NCBI GenBank assembly: GCA_000934665.2
Contig: KZ538032.1
Coordinates: forward strand, 1-64,000
Length of the DNA: 64,000 nt
Reading direction: 5' to 3'
Source of the DNA: Catajapyx aquilonaris
Lineage: Eukaryota
A program made the translations under genes and the position numbers. The number at the start of each line of letters is the position of its first letter. Positions within the stretch are counted from its first letter, which is position 1. Below, piece by piece: positions 25,201 to 55,169 of the stretch. The notes beneath the pieces are model-generated. The model saw nothing but the letters and a program-made list of their open reading frames with translations. It had not been told where the DNA came from and searched no databases.

Positions 25201-26389
25201 CTGCTGGGAAAGAGTCCCTAAGATGCACTACAGTTTTGACTACCAGTCCAAATAATATACTGTTTGCAGATATTTTCGTAATGAACGCACGTCTTGTCAT
25301 TGTCCCGGACAATACACAAGAGAAGGGTTAGCATGAAAGCTTTCTGCAGGACAAGAAGGTTAATAACTATTTCAGATCTGCATATTGCACTTGAAAGGAG
25401 TTCTGCTTAATAGGTGGCTGTAGTTTTGTCGTTACAAGTTCACAAACAATTCCAGTGTTGTCAATAACGTACATTAGAGGGTTTTCAATCATTAGAGAGC
25501 CGTGCGTCCCAATCTTTTTCGGATAGATGTGTAAAATTCGCAACCACCACTTCCAATTCAACCCTACCCCTTTCCTTTGGTGGTAGTTAATTACAATAAT
25601 CGCTAAATTAACACATCTCGTTTACGGGCAAATTTTCTAGAGAGATAGAATCAATCTGCACAAACAACTACGTAGTTAACCTTCCTCGCGACTCCAAAGG
25701 GGTTGCGACCGCAAAACGGAAAAGAACACAACAGCGGCGGATTTCCCATTAGGCACAGTAGGCACTGGCCTAGGGGCGACAGCGAGTTGCAATAAATATA
25801 TTTCTCAAATACAATAATAGGAAATTAAGGCGAGATCACTAAGAAAACGAATTTTCGAGAGCTTGATTTGCCGTATACAGGCAGATATCCCTGAACCCGA
25901 GAGACGTCGGCGCCTGTAGCAGCTGTGAGTATGGGAGTGTCAGTACTGTGTACGCGTCACCAGTGAAGTCCTGGTCCCATGCTGTCCAGCCATAAGCACG
26001 GGTGGTCATCCTGCACCTTGTCTGTGTAATGCTATAACCATTGTGTCATGTGTCGTTCAATAAATTAATGTGTACTGAGAAACTCGCCTTGATTAGGAGT
26101 GCCCCAACCCACTTCATACTGGAGAACCCGGTGGGCATCTGACCCTATCCTCACTCCCAATCATAATCCTTAATCCCAACCATAAATCCCCAAATTGACT
26201 AGTCGTTACAAAATTCCCCAGGATACACGTGTGGTGCCAAGCTGTGGCGATGGTTACATAAAACATGCTTCAAAATATTATGGACTAATGGATAATATTA
26301 TTTTGTTTGGCTATCTCAGGTCCCCACGTTGAAATAACTTATACTAACTTGAGGTGTGAAACATGTGTATTATAATAATAGTAATAATA

Positions 26390-26452
<63 letters not shown>

Positions 26453-29048
26453 TGTGGGTAATGCTTTCACCCCTTACGGGGTATATCGCATGAACCTTTA
26501 TTTTATTTTACAATTTTTCTTTAAACTTCCACTCCGGTGCAAAGAATCAAGGAATTTGGGTAAGGATAGGGATTTTTCGGGGAGGGGACACGGGTGCAGG
26601 TGCAATGTCGTTAAACGGGTCATGTGCAGTCCCCCAGGAAGTTAGGTTGCCAGACACCTCCTCGGTGCAGGTCAGAGACCCTCCTGACGCAGGTGAAGGG
26701 AGGTTCCCCAGGCGGGGATCGAACCTGGGGCCTTTCACTCAGCAAGCCGAGACGTTACCATCTCGGCCACCACACCTCCCCTCTATTCTCTACTCCATAA
26801 AGCAAATGTCACTTTCTTTGGGAATAATACGGCTAGGATGAAACCAACTTGTGTCACGAATCACACTTTCTCAGCCAAGGGCCATACCACGTCGAAAGCA
26901 CCAGTTCTCGTCCGATCACTGAAGTTAAGCGGCGTTGGGCGCGGACAGTACTTGGTTGGAAGACCACCTAGGAAAACCGCGTGCTCTTGGCCCATTTTTT
27001 TGAATCATTTTTGAATTTTTCACGCTGATTTCAGCAATTAAGATATTGTATCAAGGTCTTGGGACGATTTTTTAAAAAAATCATTCTCCTTTACTATTTG
27101 GTGAACCTTATTTGCACGAGGTTGCTGCCTCCTGATTCCCACCCTCGCCTCGGTGCTCAAATGTGAGAATGACACGTGGGTCATACAAACGAATTCTTGT
27201 TCGCCCATACCGGATGATTATCGTTCGAAATTCTCTACTCCATAAAGCAAATGTCACTTTCTTTGGGAATAATACGGCTAGGATGAAACCAACTTGTGTC
27301 ACGAATCACAATTACTCAATAATATCTCATACCTCTTGACGAGGATATAGGAGGATGGTAAATATTTCACACTTCCTTACGTCGCAGAGACCTCCGAGTA
27401 CTACTTTTGGATTCCTTACCCCGCCAAAAATTCTCATAATCGCCAATTTCCCATCCGATTTAGAGATATAGCCAAAAGAAGAATCGTGCACGTCTGACCT
27501 TGCCCATCTGCTGGTCGTTAAGTCCCCGACAACAATGGGCCCACCCCCTCTCTAGGGACCTCTCCACCCGCTCTTCCATATGTGTATTCCCCCGTCCTCC
27601 CACCCTGGTTCTCCTTTTTCGTGATACGTCATCTATAGGACGCATTCTTATCCTCTTCACCTTCAGCGGTGACGTCAAGGGTGAATGATCTGTACATATA
27701 TGCCTCCGCCATAAACAAATTGCCTTAAAAGACATGCACTGTGCACATTATCGTAACTTGCAGAGTTGCTACTACGGCATACTGCTTGACTCTTCCTATC
27801 CCGATTCATATAATTACAAAAGTTTTTGTGAACTAAAGGCATTCTTCTTCGAAATTACTAATTGAAGGGGTCGGTGCAATACTGCCCTAACCCTCCCAAA
27901 CCTGATTTGAGAAAACTGCAGTTGAAAGTTTGAGAGGCCATATACATCCCATATACCATGTGACTTATTTAATTTGATTTCTCAGTGACCGATGGCAGAA
28001 ACTGCACAATTTCAATGGATTTTATTAGATACATGAGTGTAGTACATGGAAGTGTGCTTAACTCAATTTGTGTCATTTGGTGGGTTAGGTCGGTATTGCA
28101 CCGACCCCTTCAATTAATCCGCCATTCAACGGGCCGGGTACCATACCGCTATATATATAATACAATAAAATAAATTAAATATATTATTACACCTTGATTG
28201 CAGGGGTTCCAATCAGACCCTGGAATTCCTGGGTGATGCTGTCTTGCAACTTATTGCGTCTGAATATCTATACAAATATTTTCCTGAGCATCATGAAGGG
28301 CACCTTTCAGTAAGTGTGCGATTATTATGCTACTTTCATTTCGGTAGTTTGATTGCGGATTTGTACCTCTAGCTGCTACGAAGTGCATTGGTGAGCAACA
28401 AAACCCAGGCTGTGGTCTGTAATGACCTTGGTATGGCTAATTATGCATTTTACTCCAACCCCAAACCCGTGATAAAGACAAAAGATCACGCAGATCTGCT
28501 AGAAGCATTCATAGGAGCCCTGTACGTGGACAAGGTTAGTGTGGCATTTCAAATTGTGGATAAGAAGTCATTCATTAATTAATTAACATTTTATTCACAG
28601 GGCTTGGACTATTGCCAAGTTTTCTGCAATGTTTGTCTTTTTCCTCGGATGAACGACTTCATCCTCAACCAAGAGTGGAATGATCCTAAGTCAAAGCTAC
28701 AACAGTGCTGCCTAGCTTTACGCTCAACGGATGGTAGTCCACCAGACATTCCTGTTTATAAGGTAATTGAGAGAAAGGGGTCTTCCAACTCACGTATATA
28801 CACTGTGGCTGTGTACTTCCGTGCGGAGAGGCTTGCTAAGGCATCAGGTCACTCCATACAACATGCTGGGATGAATGCTGCTAAGGAAGCACTTGCAAAA
28901 TATCAAGGTGGGAATTACTGGAGTAGATGTAGGCTTTCCATGGCTCATTTACATATCTATGCTTTTTTCAGATTTGTTTCCACAATTCACTCATCAACGC
29001 AAAGCATTGAAAAAGAGCAAAAAAAAGCAGAGGAAACCCCAGAAATAA
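11401..29048 (+). CDS. drosha: Drosha (class 2 ribonuclease III, Microprocessor nuclease), multi-exon, divergent
   Basis: Phase-consistent coding exons read by hand: 11401-11879 (Pro-rich), 11938-12168 (R/S-rich), 16574-16720, 18023-18177, 18250-18551, 18617-18806, 18871-18987, 19052-19436, 21222-21563, 21656-21980, 23534-23809, 23965-24068, 28204-28309, 28373-28534, 28601-28907, 28972-29048 (TAA). Motifs: [27 protein letters not shown], RIIIDa [15 protein letters not shown] and [16 protein letters not shown], RIIIDb [11 protein letters not shown] and [14 protein letters not shown], ds[16 protein letters not shown]. The start codon is inferred (in-frame TAG at 11380-11382). Confidence 0.96.
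11557..11660 (+). repeat. 18-bp coding minisatellite (PPPMNF) in the Drosha Pro-rich exon
   Basis: About 5.5 near-identical copies of cccacctcctatgaattt. Confidence 0.95.
12440..12791 (-). mobile_element. tRNA-derived SINE, family A
   Basis: Minus strand starts gggagacggaatggcgcgcggtaacg...gggttcgatacc (Pol III A/B boxes); homologous to 22954-23280 and 54305-54697. Confidence 0.8.
13042..13103. repeat. (GA)n microsatellite
   Basis: Directly visible. Confidence 0.98.
13588..15040. mobile_element. ~1.45-kb foldback DNA element with ~480-bp inverted arms in a Drosha intron
   Basis: 13588-14075 is a near reverse complement of 14545-15040. Ends read either CTAT|GGCCTAGTCC (4-bp TSD CTAT) or GGCC|TAGTCC (TAG termini, Academ-like); superfamily uncertain. 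Confidence 0.85.
15922..16242 (+). mobile_element. tRNA-derived SINE with V-domain-like core and (AAT)n tail, family C
   Basis: A box ggtggccgagtgg, B box gagttcgatcccc; core ttctctccgtgttcgcgtgggttttctcggggttctcccgtttcctccca; inserted in or ending in AAT repeats; relative at about 59853-60100. Confidence 0.8.
20644..20923 (+). mobile_element. tRNA-derived SINE, family B
   Basis: 16-bp TSD AATTCTTGCTGTTGAC (20628-20643, 20924-20939); tRNA-like head with ccgactgctaatcgg anticodon arm and B box; copies at about 24691, 41830 and 42530. Confidence 0.88.
22954..23280 (+). mobile_element. tRNA-derived SINE, family A
   Basis: 13-bp TSD GATCCTCTCAGTA (22941-22953, 23281-23293); A/B boxes; (AAT)n tail. 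Confidence 0.9.
24691..24925 (+). mobile_element. tRNA-derived SINE, family B
   Basis: accgaagaaggttggcatagtgg...gggttcgaatccc; homologous to 20644-20923. Confidence 0.8.
25890..26210 (+). mobile_element. Possible partial solo LTR (R/U5-like)
   Basis: AATAAA at about 26058 and terminal ...GTTACA at 26210; no matching 5' TGT end or TSD identified. Confidence 0.3.
26372..26781 (-). mobile_element. tRNA-derived SINE, family D, with adjacent (AAT)n
   Basis: Minus strand gggaggtgtggtggccgagatggt...caggttcgatcccc; highly similar to 32756-33120. Confidence 0.85.
26785..27310 (+). repeat. Identical 81-bp direct repeats (26785-26865, 27230-27310) bracketing the 5S gene; 445-bp period
   Basis: attctctactccataaagc...gtgtcacgaatcaca is present twice. 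Confidence 0.92.
26874..26993 (+). rRNA. 5S rRNA: 5S rRNA gene (divergent single copy or orphon) inside a Drosha intron
   Basis: 120 nt colinear with arthropod 5S (GCCAAgGgCCATACCACG...GTTCTCGTCCGATCAC.GAAGTTAAGC...AGTACTTGG.TGG..GACC.CCT.GGAA.ACCGCGTG..TTGGC); helix I closes; T7 Pol III terminator at 26995-27001. Confidence 0.9.
27859..28116. mobile_element. MITE with 24-bp TIR
   Basis: taattgaaggggtcggtgcaatac / gtattgcaccgaccccttcaatta. Confidence 0.8.
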
Positions 29049-29225
29049 CTGCATGGCCTCAACCCTCTGGATGAAAAATCGTTTCTTTTTGTGTCAAAAT
29101 GTTCCTTTTCTGTAGGAGTAATTCACACTGTGACTTTGTGCCATGGAGGGCTTTTCTATATCATGGCACATCTTCATCTTAGTAGCAAGCGGAAATGGAA
29201 AGTGGTACATTTTTGCACTTCCAAA

Positions 29226-29310
29226 AATTTAAGGGTCGCCCCGAATAATGTTGTAAGTGACATTGGTTACCGTGATCACTTACAACATTATTCGGGGCGA
29301 CCCTTCAATT
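29226..29310. repeat. Mini-MITE hairpin in the predicted Drosha 3' UTR
   Basis: Perfect 30-bp stem (29231-29260 / 29276-29305), one mismatch, 4 more bp, 15-nt loop; termini resemble the MITE at 27859. Confidence 0.9.
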
Positions 29311-29946
29311 GCAGTGGCGGATCTAGACGTCGTTGTTGGGGGGGGGGGTGATTTGTCGCCTCGCTCGCCCCCCCCCCTCCCCAACCCCAAATAGCCCGCC
29401 GCAGGCGAAATTTTTTTAAAACTCTGTAAGCACATCGGATAAAACTGAAAAAGTGATGCCAGTTTGTGATAGGGGATTGTGCCTGTCCGTAGCTGTACCG
29501 TAGCCCGTACCGTAGTACCGTAGCCGTGGCCTGTACGTAGTTGGGCATCTTCAAGGGATGCCCCGCGCCCCTGGAAACGTCCCACTGCGGTCCGGCCCAT
29601 CCGCACAGGGGCCGCCCCTAAGGCCGCTTCTGCTGCCCCGCCCAAAGTAACGATGACGCCATCTTTACTTTGGGCGTGATTGGCATCACTTTGCTTGTAT
29701 GGAAAGGGATAGCGAGTTATGTATCCAGATGAATAAAATATAGTAGATATCTTTGGTCAGAACACTCAGAAGCACCAACTTTTCAGACTGTCTCCGTCCC
29801 AGTCTGCATCACTCTAGAGTGAAATATCACGTATATTAGGTGAGAATAACATTGACATCTTCTTTAATACATATCCAAAATTGTATATACATAATGGGTT
29901 AAGTCGCGCAGGACCAAGTTTCTGTTGCAATCTTCACCGACGGATC

Positions 29947-45704
<15,758 letters not shown>

Positions 45705-47428
45705 GGTGACCAAGCACCAACACTCGCTGGCGACGCTCTTGACTTAGCAAGGAGTGATAGAGCAAAAGCTAGCAGTAGACTCGACCCTGTTCCCAAACCA
45801 CTTCCTGCAGGCAGCTTCCCGGAATTAGTCGTGTTATAATCCGTTTCATTTCTATTCGATTGGAAGCCTCATTTAGTCCTCTGCAGGGGACATGCCAGTA
45901 CAAACAAGGATGAGGGTTGATGAAACATTCACGCCGTGCAATGACATTTGCTGACTTCTTCAGATAAAAAAGTTTATTTTTATTTATAACTGTTTCAGCC
46001 ACAGCCAGTCAAGGGACTAAAAACCGTGCTAGCAGTTTTCCTGGAGCAGTGGTTAACCGCATCAACAGTTTTGAAGGAAATGGCGGGAATTTATTTTAAG
46101 GAAAAATGAGAGACTTAGTGAAAACTACAACTTGTGCTTCTCAAATAAATATGGTCACTTTAAAGAAAGCAGCTGTAGTCCGTTACAAAGAATTTATTAT
46201 CTCAAGTACGCAACAAGATAAGTAAGGACGGAGTTGAAAAGTGAAGCTAGTGGTGGGAGGGGGGAGGGGGGGGAGAGATAAAAGTCTCATGCGTTATCAC
46301 TGACGCTGACGCTAGGGAGTAATAATTCCTCAGACATCCTTTACGTCACTTGATTACTGTATCTAGAGTACAAGGTCCAAACATCTACGTATTTAAAAAA
46401 AAACACGTACCGGTATCACAAAAATTGTAGCGGTAACAAAACATTGTATAACATAACCCACATCTTTAGTACCGTATCCTACACCCGAGCCTATTAGTGT
46501 CTCAGTGCTTCGTCCTGGAATTAGGAAAAAGGAGGCAAATAATGAATATTGTTTAGGGAACATAAACTTATTATTCGTACAAGTTCTACAGAGGTATGAA
46601 ACTGCAACATACAGGAACTGTTTGGGACAACAAACATCCCACCTATACAATGCGCGAGAAGACGCCAGCAACATTTAACAAAAGAGTGGAACTACACTGC
46701 AATGTCAACCGATTTGCCACCTGTTGGGTAACCAAAATGCTGACGAACTGTTTGAACGAAATGACATGGTCAAATATAACAATGCGCCAATCGGTTGCTG
46801 CACAAATGGCATTTAAGCGGCCCGAAGTTACAACTGGAGACATTATAGGGTTGGAAGACATCCATAAACAACGATCCTTGACGAGTGAAGATATAAATTA
46901 TTTTTCCTCGAGTGTGACAGCCATATCTCCAAGGCCAGTCTTGGGAAATATTGTTGCGGGACTAGCAAACAGATTAGCTTCCGGGAAGTTGCAAACCAAA
47001 CTCTAGACCGGTTGGGACCCAACCGCTATCTTGGAACGCAAAAGAGAAGCCATTAAGCAAAATGAAACCACAAGAAAAACTTGTTTACAATAATTATTAT
47101 TATCCATAACATGATCCCTGTAAATCTAAACTGCGGCATTTTGCCTATGATTACTGGATTTCGTCAGGAAGCTAAAGCAACCATTGTTCTGGGAAAATAT
47201 CGAGCGATTGACATTCAGAATGACAACTTACAATATTCATACTGTACACCTGTAATGCCTATCACGTGGCTAAAATATGCCTTTACACTCTCGTTACCTC
47301 CTGCTCAAAATGGAATGCATTTCAAACGATATACTTTACTATATACAGCATGTAGTAATGCGTAAATAATAAGCACGCTATTAAGGACTGTAATTACGGT
47401 CCCTCATACTTGTGCAGTACATAGAGTA

Positions 47429-47507
47429 CTGCAGTCCCAAGGAAAAAGTCATATCTACAAAACTCGTAAGGACTTCGTAGATATGGCTTTTTTTCTTGGG
47501 ACGGCAG
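47429..47507. repeat. Imperfect ~31-bp-stem hairpin (mini-MITE-like) downstream of the Rab26 stop
   Basis: ctgcagtcccaaggaaaaagtcatatctac pairs with gtagatatggctttttttcttgggacggcag. Confidence 0.7.
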
Positions 47508-48584
47508 AATAGGATAGGTCAATGCAACAGAATCTCAAGACAAAACGCACTAAAGGAAATAATACTATGATAATATGCACTGCCGTCTTGCAAAAGAAGG
47601 CATCAACTGCAGACGGTCAAAATGCCATGTTTCTGTAAGGCATTATTGACCACAACATATTTATCTGCAATAGTAATGCCTTCCTGTATTTCAGACATGC
47701 ATCATAACACAGCTTCCTGTAGATTCTAGAGAATAATAGGGAAATTAAGTTTGTTTATTTAGAAAACTGCTCTTAATTATTTTATGAGCCACTCATTGAA
47801 AATCCATTTTTTTGTTTAATAATATTGAGCTGCTGCTACCTGCACTAATGTGTCCGTGACATACTCTGCTAGTATCTGCAAAAAATGCACAGAATGCAGT
47901 ATTACCAGCTCGATGACAATACAAAACACACGACTGTCACGCTATTTTCAATACACTGATTTCCAAATCTACAAGGGGTGCTACATTGGTACTCGGTGAA
48001 AATCATTATTCCATTTCAGAGTTGTGGAAATCATAATGACGTTCTCTGATTAATAAGAACAAGATGGATTTGCTTCTTGACAATCTGACGCTGACGTAGG
48101 AGTTCCAATTAGTGAGAACAAATATACATTTTGACTACATTAACTGGTTTTTTTGGTGAGACACTCAACCATGATTACCACATGAATACCACAACGTGTA
48201 CTTTACTCAAGCTTTGTCAATCGTAATTAATCTACTCAAAATAAAATTTGAAAACTTCTCTTGTTTAAAAACTCAAAAGTGGGAGATAATTCAAAACCAT
48301 ATGTAGAGGTGGCGCCTAATCCTGAGGACTCTAGTTTTGTTGATTTTTCTAACAATAAAATATTTTTGCATTTTACGAAACTATTTTTCCATTATCTGTG
48401 CAAACAACGAGTTGGTGAAAAAGAAAAAAGTGCACACAAGGCTATCCGTTTCCTCAATAATTTCGATACCACACATCACACACCTCCAGCGGGACCCCTG
48501 GCAATTTTTGCTGATTGATTGACGTGTACTAAGCATACATTACAAAAAACTAGTTTCCCCCGGTTTGTCTTGAAGAGGGATCCA

Positions 48585-53286
<4,702 letters not shown>

Positions 53287-54304
53287 TTAACATCCGCAAA
53301 TCAAAAATACGGTTGGTAATTTTAGTAATAACCAGGCCAGTCGTACCCGATATTGCAGAAATCGATAGACGTGATTGTATTACGCGTGTAAAATTTAGCC
53401 GGCCGGTGTGACAACGCTGCTGGGCTCTCCTAACCAGGGTGCCATCTGGTCAGGAGTTTCTGTCCATTACAGATAAGGTAAACGTTAAACGTTAAGTTTT
53501 GAAGCGCTTTACTGCGCATGGTCGAGGGAAGGGAAAGTGATGATAGTGCACAAATATTTGAAATGTACCGTACACTGAGCTGCAAATAGACACTATTTGT
53601 CACTTTCAGAACTTCAAATCGCGTTTATGCACTGTGGAAGTAATTTTCAAAAAAAAAGAGGTTTAATTGTTGGCGGTAAATTATGCAGCGATTTCTGCAA
53701 AACGAGTTCTAGCCATTATGTAATAAAGTATGAAGTTACTCTCTGAAGGTGTGAATGCCTCAAAGTTAGCAGAATCTGTCAAGGGGAATCCTATAGTTCT
53801 GGAAAATGCACCCAGCCCCCAGGAAACATGGTTAATGAGCTTCCTTTGCTGTAACATACAGTCGAAAAAACATCGGTCAAGGTTAGTGATGAGTTGTTGT
53901 GGCCTGGCGCTGAGAAGTTTCGTTCCAGGTTTAGACTAAAAGGAGAATAACTATTCATCAAAGGGGTAGAATGCTCATGCTCTTACCTCTCATTAGTCGA
54001 ATGCGTAGGTGGCTTAATATGCTTTATATGCTAGGTTGGGAATTGGATCTATAATGTGCCGTAGATATTAGAAATAATGACAAGGGCTGTAATAGAAGGA
54101 GACAGTTTAACTCTGACTAAATTGGATTATAATATTAAGGGTATTGTCACTCTTTCATGCACCATGCAACTGCAAGCTACACAGCTTATAAGGAAAGGAC
54201 AAGGATAGGAAAAGAAAGGATCAGTAATACAGGGTTATCGAAAAAGAATGTTCCGATTTTAAAACCCTATAACACGAAAACCCGTGGACAAATATAAATG
54301 ATTT

Positions 54305-54638
54305 GGGGAGGCGGAGTGGTGCTGCGGTAAGGTATGCGCCCACGGATGTTAAGGTCCCTGGTTCGATCCCAGCCCGGGGACACCCCCTTCATCTCGTGCA
54401 GAGTTCAGGGTCACCTCTGGCTTCGTCTCGGGTGGTATTTCCAACAGACTAAACCACCCGGGGGAGTTCACTAAAAATGGCCACAGCGTCAGAAGCACTG
54501 CACCTTGCACATCCCCTCCTGTCGTCCTGCCCGTGGGCCCGGGCGTTTCAAATGAATAGGCACCAAATGTACCTCAATAAATAAAGGCCCGTGCGATATG
54601 CCCCCATGTGGTGGCGAAAGCACATTACCCCAGCATTA

Positions 54639-54669
<31 letters not shown>

Positions 54670-54697
54670 AAGAAGAAGAAGAAGAAGAAGAATTATT
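54305..54697 (+). mobile_element. tRNA-derived SINE, family A, (GAA)n tail
   Basis: 13-bp TSD ATATAAATGATTT (54292-54304, 54698-54710); interrupts the left arm of the mariner-like element. Confidence 0.9.
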
Positions 54698-55169
54698 ATA
54701 TAAATGATTTAAGTTTTAAAATGCTAAGAAATGTCTAAAGGTTTTGTCTTGCCATAGTTTGTTTCGATATTAGCTCCATTTGTCGCTCGGAAAATGTATA
54801 TATTGTAATCGGTGTCGTGCCTAACCTGATACTTGGCAGGATGTCTGGCGTTTCCGTCTTATCCCGTGTGTGCTGTATAAGGTGGGGATATAGAGAATAC
54901 GGACTTCTTCGAGTTCCAACTCTGGCCGAAAGAGGAGACAGTGGATCCCACCTTCCCTACACAAAAGAAGGGTCACGTTTGTGGTTGACCATTCCCTCTA
55001 GGCACAATAAAAACCGTGAAAATTAGGGTTCCCCCAACTTCTAGTAGTTCTCAAATCAGTCAAATTTTGACAAAATTATTATTTGTCGAAAGGTTATAGC
55101 TAAACATAAAAATCGGATTCACTGGTCAGGAGCACCAATTTTTTGGCATTTTTGGGTGCGTGTTACGAC

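Noticed and set aside
28972..29074. ORF-track C-terminus [10 protein letters not shown]...QPSG as the Drosha end
   Set aside because: Read-through of a 64-nt intron; the spliced frame gives [11 protein letters not shown]...K* ending at 29048.
46596..47006. 136-aa ORF between Rab26 and Pvr
   Set aside because: No recognisable motif or splice context; antisense to both neighbours and probably UTR/intergenic.
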